A stretch of 64,000 nucleotides of DNA from positions 124,001-188,000 of the forward strand of contig CAVNZM010000018.1 in the NCBI GenBank assembly GCA_963693365.1, written 5' to 3'. The notes under the pieces are model-generated. The model had not been told where the DNA came from, ran no database searches, and saw nothing but the letters and a program-made list of their open reading frames with translations. Origin of the DNA: Amoebidium appalachense (Eukaryota; Protista; Ichthyosporea). A program made the translations under genes and the position numbers. The number at the start of each line of letters is the position of its first letter. Positions within the stretch are counted from its first letter, which is position 1. Shown one piece after another: positions 25,948 through 50,435 of the stretch.

Positions 25948-27195
25948 CACGCATATGCGCGCGCGCGCATACACACACGCATGCACATCCTGGACCCCTC
26001 GAAAGACGCATGCACCCATGCACCCACACACCCACGCCTGCGCGCACACACCCTCACGTTCACACCCACACGCACACACACTCACACTTACACTCATAGG
26101 CACCAATATGTTGCACACAACCACGCCGTACAGCCCAAAAACACATTTGATCTGTGCGTGCCTGGATCCGTCCTGTATCTATAATTTATACCCTTCTCCC
26201 CCCCCCCCCTCCCTCCCTCCCTCCCTCCCTCCCTCCCCCCTCCCATGGACCCCCCTCCCCCAAAGTCCCTTATTACGGTGTGCTTTGTAATTGCACTGTG
26301 TTGTCCGTCATGAATGTGTTTTTGGTACTGTGTTCCCTCCCCCCATCCACCCCCTCCCCCTCCCCCTCCGTTACGCGGCCTCCCAATCCCCTCCCTTAAA
26401 TCCCCCTGGGCTTGGTGTGGGCCAACTTTGTTCTCATGTTGAACCACTGGGAGCTGTGTGTGTGCAAGGCCAGTCAGTTATAGTTGTCATATATGTTCGA
26501 CGTGGGAAGTGTGTGTACATGGTGTGTGCGCAGTGTGTGATTGGGAAAGCTTTAGGAGGGGGAGGGGGGGGGGGGGGGGGAGGGGGTGTGGGTGGGTGGG
26601 TGGGGGGGGGGGGGGGGGGGGGAGAGGGGGGAGGGGGGAGGGGGGAGGGGGGAAGGGGGGATTACATGTGCACTAGCTATAGTGAAGCTTGGTCACTGCA
26701 CACATCATGCACACGCATGCTTTGAGTAGGATAGCACACGCACACCAGGGCATGTGGCATTACTGTGATGTCTTTCATCAATATTCCACACCTCGATTCA
26801 GAAACTTACTTTGCACAGAGCTACACCTGACTGTACATGTCACCTAGCACTAGCACTACCATCATGCATACATCTTCCTACGCCCAGCATAGGTTACTTG
26901 CACCTACATCACAACATATTAAAGAATTGCCAATTAAGAAAGAAAGACAATACATAGCGTATCCAGATGCCATTACAGTCTCGTGTATACGTATATCTTC
27001 ACACCCTCTTCAGCCTGTCTAGATTCCCAGCTACAAAACAGAATCGTTGCTTTGTAGAAGCAATCCCATACGTAAATAACAAAACAAATCCCATCTGTGT
27101 TCTGTGTGCTTTTCATTCCACAACTAACCCATATCAATAGTGTCCCCCCCTCCCCCATTTTTTTTTTTTTTTTACAAAGCTTTCCTTTTATCTAC

Positions 27196-27284
27196 TCATG
27201 CAGCTGTGGCCTTTGCAGCTCTCTCCCTCTCCTGGTCTCGCAGAACACGACGGAGGATTTTGCCAGATGGAGTCTTGGGAATAG

Positions 27285-27339
<55 letters not shown>

Positions 27340-28653
27340 TGTTGTTGTGGTGGTGGTGGTGGGGCCGGGCAGGCGGGCGGGGGGAGGGGGATGGTTGGAT
27401 TCAGTATCATTGTGAGATGTCGTTGAAATTTATGAGTCGGAACAATCTGGTAATCACCCAGTCAGAGAGTGCAAAAGGCTTTGGACGTTGGAGCTCTGGA
27501 CACATTTGTAAGGTGTGGTTTCGATCTACCTGTGTGCACACACCATCCATGGCTTAACCATGTGGCACCGTCATGGCTTTATATCCTATCAATACCCAGG
27601 GAAACACAAGAACATCTGGTGTACGTGTCAATAACAGTGTGCCAAGCCTACGTCTGACAAAGCCTACACATGCAAGCACACAAGCCCGCAGGCACACATA
27701 CGGATACACGCGCTCACACACAGAGGCCCAGAAAGGGACGGACAAAAAGGTACCGACACACGTTCTGACACACATATACGCACACATACGCACACACACA
27801 TAACACAACACACACAGGCACGTGTGATTATACACACCCACCCACACTGTCCCACACACACAAGCTCACACACAAACTTATGCGCGCGCACGCTGCATGA
27901 CATGCACATACACACACTGGCATGAATATGTGCACACACAAACACGCACAACACACACACAAGCACACGCACACGCGCACGCACACACACAAACACAAAT
28001 ACACACACACACGCGCACACACGCGCACACACGCGCGCTCGCGCACACGCACACACGCACACACGCACACACACACGTACCATCGACAAACTCGATCTCT
28101 GTCAGGTGCTTGTACTCAGACACGTGCTTGTTGGCCCATTGCCGCAGCTCCTCCGCACTCAGCTGCACACCTTCTATATTAGGCAATGAAATTGCACACC
28201 TTCCATACCAGGCAATGAAATTGCACACCTTCCATACCAGGCAATGAAATTGCACACCTTCCATATTAGGCCATGCAATTTGTACGGGTGCCGGTCCATC
28301 AGACACTGCAATATAAAGCAACCATATTACATCATGCAACTGCACACCTTCCATATTAGGCAATGCAGTTGCCAACCGTCCACATCAATGAAAAGCAACA
28401 ACTTATCATGAGGCAACACCCACCCTCCCCAAAGTCTGGCTATTAGGTAACTAACATTAGCCCTTGTATATCCCCATTTAAACCCATCTCTATCCTGATA
28501 GCATCTCACCTCCCCCCCTCCCCCCTCAGCACCCAACACCCCCTTTGAGCCCCCCCCCCCCCCCCCCCCCCCCCAACACACACACACACACACAAACACG
28601 ACACACACACACCGACACAACACACACACACACACACACACACACCGACACAA

Positions 28654-28706
<53 letters not shown>

Positions 28707-29132
28707 ACCTGTGCGCCCTGCTTAAGCACGACGTAAGCCTTTGGTCTCTCTCCACTGCGCTCGTCCGGCTTCTGCACCACACACACGTCCCCGACAAGAG
28801 AGTGCCCTAGAAGCAATCCCTCAAGCTCCGCTGGCGCTACCTGTTTTTTTATTATTTAATTTTTAATTATTTATTTTTTTGGGGGGGGGGTTTGGTTGGT
28901 TGGTTGGTCAGTGCGTAGATGGGGATACAGAGTTCCACGTGATAAAGGTACAAGCGCACATATACTCACTCGCGCGCACACACACCACCACCAACCACTG
29001 CCCACCCCCCCCTCCACCCCTCCCTCCCCACCTTCCCCCTGGACGTACCTGGTGGCCCTTGACCTTGATGAGTTCCTTCACCCGGTCCTCAATCACAAGG
29101 TGCCCTGCAAAATACAAAAACTTGGTCAGCAA

Positions 29133-29174
<42 letters not shown>

Positions 29175-30196
29175 CCGCCGCCGCCGGGGACCCCCTCCCA
29201 CCCCCCTTGCACCCCCAAACCAACCTACACCTCATTCACAAACCCTCCCCTCGCCCCCTCTCCACACACACACACATAAACCCCACCACCGTCTCCTCAG
29301 ACACAAACACGGCTTCACTTTGGATGTACCAGAACACAGTCCGTACTGTACGCTGACTGCCACAACAAAGACCCAAACCGGTTCATTATCACCTCTCTAT
29401 GTCCCCTCTTGCGCTACTCGCCCACCATCCCTGCACACTCCAGTTTACTAGCAAAAGGCAAGTTAGGATACATGTCGTAACCACGCGTGCAGGTGTCGGT
29501 GCCGTTATTTTGCTACAACATTTTTCCCTACACCTATTTGGAAATATCGGCTTACACACACGCCTTTGATCTGCACAGACACACACGGCAACTCACCATC
29601 CTCACACATGTAGCCAATGTCTCCAGTATGCAGCCAGCCGTCAGCATCAATGGTATCCCGCGTGGCCTTCTCGTTGTTGTGGTACCTAAAAATAGTAGGT
29701 GTTACTATATTTAGCTCATCCGGTTTTGCCGGATATGTAAGGGCCAACGGGGCATGTGGTGAGGGTGTGCATATCTATCGTAACCAAAATGGGTTGGCCG
29801 TCTCCAAGCACCATGCAAACCACCATAGTCCTTAAAGCACCTCATGGTAGACACACAGATGCATAATGTTTCTTTAATCACACTGGTTTGAGCACACGGT
29901 GGATATGTGCATGCACACTGCCATCTACTGTTGCGCAGAAAGCACCAGCTCATAACCAGACACATGCACTGTGTTTCTAAGCAGGTTGGTTAAAGCACAC
30001 GGTGAATACACACCCCTTCATGACCTGTGGCCCCTTGACGCACAGCTCGCCGCTCTGCCCCTGGGGTAGGTCCTTGCCGGTGGACAGATCCACAAACTGA
30101 CATGCAGCCAATCAGAGACCGTCTTTAACCACCTTTATAATCTTTAAAAGACATCAAACTTGGCCCCTCCCGGAAACACAGGGAAGCGCGCGTGCG

Positions 30197-30231
<35 letters not shown>

Positions 30232-32507
30232 CTACAAACACACATGAAGCGATGGGAGATGTATCGGCATCGTGTCAGCAGTATGTGCTACGGCAGGTGG
30301 GAACTTTGACGTGAGTGGGTGAGAGAATTAAAGGTTGTGGAATTGCGCTTGGTTTGAACAGGAGAGGTGAGTCGAACGGGGGGACACAAGGAAATACTGC
30401 TATCTCTGGTCAAGAAGATGTATGGGATGAACAGTGGTGTGCTCTAGTGTGTTGGTACAAGGGGAAAGTTGGGGGAGAGAGGGAGAGGATGATCTGAGGC
30501 CACGTAAAACGATGAGTGGCAAGAGGGGGAGGGGGGAAGTGGTGAGGGGGGAGAAGGGGGGGGGGGGGGGGGGGAAGGGAAAAAGAAGGAGCAAACCTTG
30601 CAGAATGTGTTTGGGACCAGAAGGCCACCGCTGCCCATTTGGGTCCTCTTGCGGTCGATGTGGTCAAAGTGGGATACGGGGCTCTGCGAGTGTTTGTGTG
30701 TGTGGGTGTGTATGCGTGTGGGGGGAGGAGGGGGAAGGCCCTGGGGGAGGGGGGGGGGGGGGGGGAGACCAAGGATGTGTAAGAGTGCGGCATGAACTTC
30801 GGGTATGGGTGTTGAATATAACAGCTTGGGGGGGATGGAAAGGAGACCGAGTAGTAGTGGTAACGGAGATGGTAGTGGTGGTTGGTGACGGAGTGCATGT
30901 GCGTGTGTGAGCATGCAAGGAGGATTGGTGACGGTGTGCATGTGCGTGTGTGAGCATGCAAGGAGGATTGGTGATGGTGTGCATGTGCGTGTGTGAGCAT
31001 GCAAGGAGGATTGGTGGCGGTGTGCATGTGCGTGTGTGAGCATGCAAGGAGGATTGGTGATGGTGTGCATGTGCGTGTGTGAGCATGCAAGGAGGATTGG
31101 TGATGGTGTGCATGTGCGTGTGTGAGCATGCAAGGAGGATTGGTGATGGTGTGCATGTGCGTGTGTGAGCATGCAAGGAGGATTGGTGATGGTGTGCATG
31201 TGCGTGTGTGAGCATGCAAGGAGGATTGGTGATGGTGTGCATGTGCGTGTGTGAGCATGCAAGGAGGATTGGTGATGGTGTGCATGTGCGTGTGTGAGCA
31301 TGCAAGGAGGATTGGTGATGGTGTGCATGTGCGTGTGTGAGCATGCAAGGAGGATTGGTGATGGTGTGCATGTGCGTGTGTGAGCATGCAAGGAGGATTG
31401 GTGATGGTGTGCATGTGCGTGTGTGAGCATGCAAGGAGGATTGGTGATGGTGTGCATGTGCGTGTGTGAGCATGCAAGGAGGATTGGTGATGGTGTGCAT
31501 GTGCGTGTGTGAGCATGCAAGGAGGATTGGTGATGGTGTGCATGTGCGTGTGTGAGCATGCAAGGAGGATTGGTGATGGTGTGCATGTGCGTGTGTGAGC
31601 ATGCAAGGAGGATTGGTGATGGTGTGCATGTGCGTGTGTGAGCATGCAAGGAGGATTGGTGACGGAGTGCATGTGCGTGTGTGAGCATGCAAGGAGGATT
31701 GGTGACGGTGTGCATGTGCGTGTGTGAGCATGCAAGGAGGATTGGTGATGGTGTGCATGTGCGTGTGTGAGCATGCAAGGAGGATTGGTGACGGAGTGCA
31801 TGTGCGTGTGTGAGCATGCAAGGAGGATTGGTGATGGTGTGCATGTGCGTGTGTGAGCATGCAAGGAGGATTGGTGACGGTGTGCATGTGCGTGTGTGAG
31901 CATGCAAGGAGGATTGGTGATGGTGTGCATGTGCGTGTGTGAGCATGCAAGGAGGATTGGTGATGGTGTGCTGGCTCTTGCGCATACGAGGCTTCCTCTG
32001 TACCTACATGGTATGGTGCTGGCTGGAAAAAGCCATGGCTCATTATCTGGTAGATGTGTGCGTGTGTGTGTTGGGGGGGGGGGGAGGGGGGGGGGGGGGG
32101 GAAGGAGAAATGATGAGGGGAAGGGAAAGAAGGAGGGAGGAGGGGCCGACGCGGGCGCAGGTAAGTAAAATCTGCCTGGAGGGGGGGGAAGGGGGGGGGG
32201 GGGGGGAGAGGCAACCGAGGGAGGGGGGAGGGGAGGGAGAGGGAGCGAGACGATATGCAAGGGGAAGGGCAGAGGGGGAGGGGGAGGGAGGTTGCTTCAT
32301 ACCAGTTCTGTCATGCCATAGCCCTGACGAATGACCCTGATATTTGGCAGGCGGGCATACAATTGCTCCGTAACCTCCTTGGAAAGAGGGGCAGCACCAC
32401 ACACAATCTCACGCACAGACGAGAGGTCGAACTTATCCACTACGGGGTGCTTGGCAAGGAACAGGGCGATGGGTGGAACAACGTGGAGAATGTCCAGCTG
32501 TAGATGT

Positions 32508-32553
<46 letters not shown>

Positions 32554-32573
32554 GCGGAGGGAGGGTACGTGTA

Positions 32574-32605
<32 letters not shown>

Positions 32606-34651
32606 TATGTGGGGGGGGGGGGGGGGGGAGTAGGAGGAGGGGGAAGGGGGGGGGGGGGGTACGTGTGTGTGCGAGTGTGTGTGTGGGGTGGGGCCGGGGG
32701 ACAGGGGGGGGAGGGGGGGGGAGGGCGTAAGTGTGTGAGTGTGAGTGTGTGGGTGCATGTGTGTGCATGTGTGTGTTGCTTGTGTGCGTGTGTGCATGTG
32801 TTGCGTGTGTGAGTGCGTGCATGTTCAAGTGTGTGTGTGTGTGTATTTGTGTGCGTGTGGAGGGATGTCCTCACATATCAACACGGCCGTATGCGGATCT
32901 GACAATGTGTGGCTTCGTTTTTTTAACCGAGAGGAAATGGTGGGGAGAGTTCCACTTTGGACGATGATGTGTAAGTTGCTGGTCGGGTAAGTGACAATGC
33001 TTGCATGCAATCCTAAACCACTCATGCTGACTTAGCAACTTTGCGCCGCCGCAGAAAATGTGTGCACGCCACTACTAGTGGATCCGAATCCGGGCCTATC
33101 ACTCATACCTACCCACCTTGTCCTTCTGGATGGTCGTCAGGAACTCAACAGGCTCAAACTTGGGTATGCACCTGTCAACGGCAGTAGGGGGGGGGGGTTT
33201 GAGGGTCAGATTATGTTCCGCAATGAAAAAAGCAGGAACTTCGCAAAAAAGGGGAGTAAGAAAGTAGCAGCACAGCTATGCCAAAGGACAGGGTGTGGGA
33301 TGGGTGGAGAAGGGAGTGCGGTGGTGGATGGTATGTGTGTGGGTGTGTGGTGTAGGGTGGGTCGGGGGGGGGGGGGGGGGGGGGGGTGATGTGATGGTAG
33401 GAATTTGGTTGGGTTGGAGGTGCATGACTAACAGAAGCACTGCTGCAAGCCAACGTCTCTCCCCCCCCCCCCCCCCCCCTCCTTCTCCCCCCCCCCCTTC
33501 AACCCCCATTCCTTCCCCTCCCTCTCCCCTCTTTCAACTCGCCAACACCCAGCCACTCCGCTCACTTGCCCCCACTATCCCCACCCAATTGCAAGCTCAC
33601 CACAATGGCACCACCCAACCTCTTCCTCCTTTCTCCCCCCATGTTACCACCAACACAGAAAACACACCACTTCCCACATACATTTGCAGCCTTGCCCTTT
33701 CAACTGGAGGGGGGGGAGGGGGGGGGGGCCGGGGGGGGGGGGGGGGGGGGGAGGCAGGCAGAGGCAGTGGGAGGTGGATAAGGGGAAGAGGGGTGGAGGT
33801 AGGGTTGGGGGAAGGGGGAGGAGAGGGGGGAGGGGGGGGGGGGGGGGGGGTGCTAACGAGATTGAAGCGCCCCTGTGCAGTGCAAGGTTAACAATCACAC
33901 CCAGACCGTAGGCGTGGTAGAAGGGCAGAAGACCAATCAGACGGTTGGCGGGAGTTAGCGGCATCATCCCTAAAAGCAAGGAAAAAGAGGCGTGAGGTTA
34001 GCCATGGTCTAATATTTTAATAGGATAAAAAACAGAGGCTGAGGCCCAGTCATTAAAAAGGGTAGACAGGCTCTAAAGACAACGAACCAACCAAGACGTC
34101 TATAAATCAAAGCTCTGACTAGACGCTTTCAAAATGGTAAATGGATTTACCCCCCCCTCCCCCCCCCACCCCCCTCCCCTTTTGGGGAGGGGGAAGAAGG
34201 GAGTAAGTAAAAGTCGCTATAGAGAAGGAAATGCAATATGCGGGGGAGGGTGGGAGGGTGGGGGGCATGGGTAGAAAGATCGAATGATGGAAGGAGGCAG
34301 TGGTGAGGTAAAATACCTTCGACGGCGCACTGCCTGGTGTTGTTGACGATGTTGAAGTGGGTCAGCTCGACGCCCTTTGGCCTGCCCGTGGTGCCGCTGC
34401 TGTAGGGCACCAGCGCCGTGGCCGTGCGCCAGTCCGCACTGTGCTTAACCCACTTGCTGGGGTCTGCATGGGTGGTTAAGTCTTCAAAGGAGATGATGTT
34501 GTTTTCGGACTTGTGGCCACTGACGATGATGCGTTTAAGGGGGTTGCCGGATTCCTTGTTTGCCTAATGTGGCAGTGGAAAGAGGTTAGAAAGATTCGTA
34601 TAACTGTTACAGGGTTACATCTTTGTTTTCTCTCTCAAAGCGTGTCTGTGC

Positions 34652-34741
<90 letters not shown>

Positions 34742-36478
34742 GTGTGTGTGTGTGGGTGTGCACGTGCATGAGTGCGTGCATGCGCGGGCGTGAGTGGGTA
34801 GGTGGGTGTGTCTTTGCGGGAGCATGCGAGAGTGTGACTGACAGCAAAGACAGGAATTATGATAAGATCTGGGCTACAAATCAGGAATACCCGAGTTGAA
34901 TTCTATGCATAATCTCATTTATCTAAATTCCCTTGTCTTTTTTTGTTATTATTATATTGGGGGGGGGGGGGGGGGGTTTGAATGCGTCAAAAAGTACGAA
35001 GTACACAAGAACAAACGGATAACACGATGCAGAATGCAAGCCATACATAAAGAGTATGCATAATAAGCAGAGCCCATCCTCAGGGGGGGCCCACGTCATC
35101 CACAGTACCCGAGTTTCGACCTATTCCCCTCGTTAACGAAACCCAACTCAGATACGGGGGGGGGGGGCATGTCACCTCCAACACAGTAGGGAGCATATCC
35201 GAAGTGGTCACCATGCTGGTAGCCCCACTGTCCGTGATCTGCATTTTGATTGGCTCGTGAGCACGTGACTCCATCCCCTCCCCCCTCCCCCCCCAAATCC
35301 CACCTCCCTTCCCCAACAACCTACCAGGGCGAAGTCCGATGGGTGGTCTAGAAATAGTATTGGTGGGGTGTAACGTCTGCAGGTGACGTGCGATACCCTA
35401 CCATCTAAACTTGCACGTGTACGCACATGCCATTATGTAGCCCCCCACGTGTACGCACATGCCATTATGTAGCCGCCCACGTGTACGCACATGCCATTAT
35501 GTAGCCCCCCACGTGTTCGCACATGCCATTATGTAGCCCCCCACGTGTACGCACATGCCATTATGTAGCCCCCCACGTGTACGCACATGCCATTATTGGC
35601 CCCCCACGTGCACGCACATGCCATTATATAGCCCCCCACGTGTACGCACATGCCACTATTGGCCCCCCACGTGTACGCACATGCCACTATTGGCCCCCCA
35701 CGTGTACGCACATGCCACTATATAGCCCCCCACGTGTACGCGCATGCCACTATTGGCCCCCCACGTGTACGCACATGCCACTATTGGCCCCCCACGTGTA
35801 TGCACATGCCACTATTGGCCCCCCACGTGTACGCACATGCCACTATTGGCCCCCCACGTGTACGCACATGCCACTATTGGCCCCCCACGTGTATGCACAT
35901 GCCACTATTGGCCCCCCACGTGTACGCACATGCCACTATTGGCCCCCCCCAGTGCCAACCTACATGCACGTGCACGCACATGCACCTAGACCTATGATAC
36001 AAGCACGTGGCATGACACGTATACCCACCTGGTAGGCCAGCTCCCAGGGGGTGGCTGACGGGCTTGCCGGGGTGACGACTGCGCCAGAGGCCAAGCAGCC
36101 GTGGATGGCAGCAACAAACGTGGGGCTGTTTTGCGCAAACAGGCCCACAACACTGCCCGGCCCAATGCCCTCCTCCTGAAGCCCAGCCGCAACACTCACC
36201 ACCTGCCGCTTGAGCTGCGGGGGGGGAGGGGGGGATTGGGGAAGGGTGGGGGGCGGGAGGGAGGGGGGGGGGGAGAGGGGAGGGGGGGGGGGGGAGAGAG
36301 AGAGAGAGAGAGAGAGGAGAGAGGAAGGGGGTAGGGGTAGGTGGCCGCGTTTTGTGCGCGTATGCAAGGGAGGCAGGCGGTGGGGGAGTGTAGGGTGTGT
36401 TGGGAGGAGATGTGTGTGTGTGTGATGAGTGTGCTGATGATAGTAGTGGCGAACGCGCACGGGAGGGTGGATGGATGT

Positions 36479-36517
<39 letters not shown>

Positions 36518-38762
36518 GGGAGGGGGGCGGTTAGGTTAGATGAACGGCAAGCTGCACAAGCGGCAATGATATACATACTTTGAAATAGCATCTGGTATCT
36601 TGGAAACTGGCTCTGAAACACAATGTTAGTGATTAGATGTTACTCGGCCCATGGGCGTGAATAATGGAGACCCCCATTGCTGGCTGAATGGTTGTCTGCT
36701 ACTGACCGCAACAAGTGGGAACTGTGAGCAGAGAGAGAGAAAAGGGGAGGAGAAGGGGGGGGGGGGGGGGGGGGGAGAAACTGGGTGGAAAGTACATGAA
36801 AAGAGTAAAGAGAAAGGGGAAAGAGGTTTTCTGTGTGTGTTCGTGGGGGGGGGGGAGGGGGGGGGGGGGGGGGGGGGGGGCAGTGCCTGTTATTTTGCTA
36901 AAAGGCAACACAGTACTTGCATTTAGGTTAAGCACCACTAATCCTAGTTGAACGGCAAATAGCTGGGGGGAGGGGGGAAAAAAAAGGGGGAGGGGGCCCC
37001 GGGGGGTGAAACTTTGACGGATAGACGGGGGTGGGGGGAGAGGGGGGGGGGGGGGGGGGGAAGGAGAGAGAGGGGGGGGGGGGGGGGGGCGTAGAGAGAG
37101 GGCAAGAGAGTGAGAAAGAAATAGTTAGAGAGAGAGGCACACACACACACACCTGGTTGTAAGTAACCTGCTTGTCACCCATCCGCAGAGCAACATTGTC
37201 ACCAAACTTGCTGGTCAGGCCTTCTGACAGACCAAGCATGTAATCTGTGTGGAAAGGAAGGGAATACAGGGAGTTGCATGTGAGGAAAGAGCACCCAAAC
37301 TCTGTACAAGCTCAGCCTCAAGATAATGTTGTTGACGTGTCAGTGAGAAGCCATACTGTCTCTTTTGGTAGGTGGAGAACACATCCTTTGGGCCCTGAGC
37401 TTGTGTGGGTAAGGGCTGTGCCGGGATGCTTGCATTTGTGCAGATGTGTATGTGTCTGAACCTGCTAACATACACGGCAAAGTTTTCCTTGAGCAAGTTC
37501 CACATTTGGAGTTACCACACTTGTTTTTAATTTTTGTTTCCCGGGTGGACAGGCTTTGGGGGGGGGGCTCAGGGTAAGGTGTAGGAGAACAAAGAGAAAG
37601 GAGATTGGGAATGCACTGGCAACTACGTTGTGTTGTATCTTTGGTGCACAACTGCAAAAACCCTAACCAAAGCAACACCCACACATGTTATATCATAGAT
37701 AGACCTTCATATGTGCATCTGTGTCTTACCAGGAATGGATGCCTCCACAAGTTCGATGTCGGGAAAGGGCGACTTGAAGACGGTACGGCGGTCTGCACTC
37801 GAGTGGAAACGGGCTGCAATCGGATAGGCCTAGCACGAGGAATGAATAAGATACCAGGGGGAAGGAGGAGTGGTGGAGGATGAAGTTGAGGGGGTGGGTG
37901 GGTGGGTGGGTGGGGGAGGGGGGGGAAGGGGGGGGGGAGAAGGAGGAAGTTCACCAGGGGATCGGGAGGTGAGGGGAGTAGTTGGTAGACGACATAAAGA
38001 AATATGATATAACATGCGCTTGATAATATATCCGGCAGGAGTCAAGATAAAGACCAGTCCGAGTGTCTATGCATGGGGATAGGGAGGGAAAGCTTAGGAA
38101 GGGGAGAGGGGGGAGTGGGGGGTGGGGGGGAGGGGGGGGGGAGGGGGGGGGGGGGGGGGATCTAAGAGGTAAGAAGGCGCACACACTGCTACGGTTGAAG
38201 ACTTCAGCCTAGCATTGAGTTTCACGGCCCTGTCACACAGAGACCCAAACTCAAGGCACTTACTATCCAAGCCAAGGGAGGTTGGTGACCAGCAGCTGTA
38301 CGGGAGTGTGTGGATCACCATCGGGTGGTCATTGCAGCACGAGACCCTCCCGAAGTCCAACTACAGGGGTTTTACCACGATATGCTAATGCGTCTTCTTG
38401 TTTATTCCCCAGCATGCTGCTTATAAAACCCACAGAGATGTGCTCAGCAGCTTGGTTCACTAGCAATGGCCAAGCACGTGCACATACATAAGCGTCGGCC
38501 ATTAATGCTTGCTATGTGCAACCTACAATGCCCTATCACAGCATGCATCAGGATCTCAGCAAAGGCAACAAAAAGATCCTTAACTCATGCGTGTTTTAGA
38601 AGGAGAAACATAGAAGGAGAAACACTAGAGCGATAGGCACCAACTCCAAAATACTGATGACGACAGAATATGGAACATAGGCACACATACCAAACGGGCT
38701 GTCAGGCGAGCCTGTTCCAGAGCTCGTGCCGAACGCGCTACGGAGAGAATGGGCGCCACCAT
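27196..38762 (-). CDS. 4CL-like / luciferase-like acyl-CoA synthetase, paralog B, 16 exons
   Basis: Same intron positions and ANL motifs as paralog A ([42 protein letters not shown]). Starts [11 protein letters not shown]; ends KATAA*. Confidence 0.93.
28163..28372. repeat. Degenerate minisatellite of about 29 bp abutting a splice acceptor
   Basis: GGCAATGAAATTGCACACCTTCCATA(CC/TT)A repeated about 5 times. Confidence 0.8.
30883..31970. repeat. 43-bp intronic minisatellite, about 25 copies
   Basis: GTGTGCATGTGCGTGTGTGAGCATGCAAGGAGGATTGGTGATG in tandem. Confidence 0.97.
34976..35155. repeat. Truncated S1 copy (same subfamily as 25521) just inside an intron of paralog B
   Basis: Near-exact reverse complement of about 25590-25770; ends at a G-run. 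Confidence 0.88.
35414..35950. repeat. 31-bp intronic minisatellite, about 17 copies
   Basis: CACGTGTACGCACATGCCA(T/C)TAT(GTA/TG)GCCCCC in tandem. Confidence 0.96.
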
Positions 38763-39766
38763 TGTCGATATTTTACCACGAAAAGGGATTAAAGAAAACC
38801 CTTGTACTTTTCTTGTTAACTTTTCTCCGGTGTTTCACTGAGCTAATGTAGAAGTCCCAAGTATTATGAGGGTGTGGTAGAGAGACTTCTGTGACACAGC
38901 AAACAAAGAAATCATAGCCGCTGTGCCTTTTTATACTGTGAATGGGTAGCGTAATGGGCAAACAGGAGCGCGGCAAATTCAGCAAACTGGTTGTGGGAGA
39001 CTCGCTTATGCTAAATTTTCTATGTTTGTAGACATACAAGACTGTATATTTACGCGTATGAAATATCTCAATTTATATTCGTGTGTTACTGCTTTCTTTA
39101 TAACGCTATAAAAGGAAAACTGAAATAAAAGCGTGAAACAAGGCATTGGGCCTTGCACCCGATTGGATGAAAGCGGCTGCCCGGCGACTCGGCGAAAGAA
39201 GGGGTAGGAACTGGAAAACCTCTTGGGAAAAGTAGATAGGCCTCTCGGAAACATAGAAGCAACATCTTTCTATGCACCAAACCCTATCAGTTATTGTAGG
39301 CAACACTTAACAGCCATATAAATTAAAGAAATATGAATGCCAATGCATACCTGTTTATAATTTATGTCAACAAGGTGGTTAAAATCATTGGCTAATCGAG
39401 CTCCAAGTTTTCTATTGGTACACCTGTCAGAGGAGTGTCGAAAAAGCATGAACTTGCTGGAGCCTCGTGTAAATTGCATGGAGCTATTTGATTGGTCACG
39501 TCCGGTTTTGGCGCCAAACTGCCCCTGTGTGCACTTCTCAACCTATCCTTCATTCAAGTTCCGCGAACTTATAAGTTTGAGGCTTTGCTTTGAAAGAGAA
39601 ACCGAGTGAAAATTCTCGTTTTTGCTATCAAAAAGTAAGTGCTGTTCTAGCGAGTAGCGGTACAACAGTGTTTTGGGGAAGGCTTTAGGCGTGTTTCTTC
39701 CATCCAAGCACAGACACGCACATACAAGCACACAGAAACATAACCACAGGGTTTCGATTGGAGAGC
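38763..39766. promoter_or_regulatory. Probable bidirectional promoter between paralog B and HAT1
   Basis: Divergent gene starts about 1 kb apart, free of microsatellites, with several ATTGG/CCAAT boxes. Confidence 0.5.

Positions 39767-50435
<10,669 letters not shown>

Noticed and set aside
30410-32260. 500-600 aa His/Cys-rich ORFs in three frames
   Set aside because: They arise from a stop-free 43-bp minisatellite inside an intron of paralog B.
7226-38762. Bioluminescence or phenylpropanoid function for the ANL pair
   Set aside because: Family motifs do not determine substrate, and no supporting pathway genes are present.
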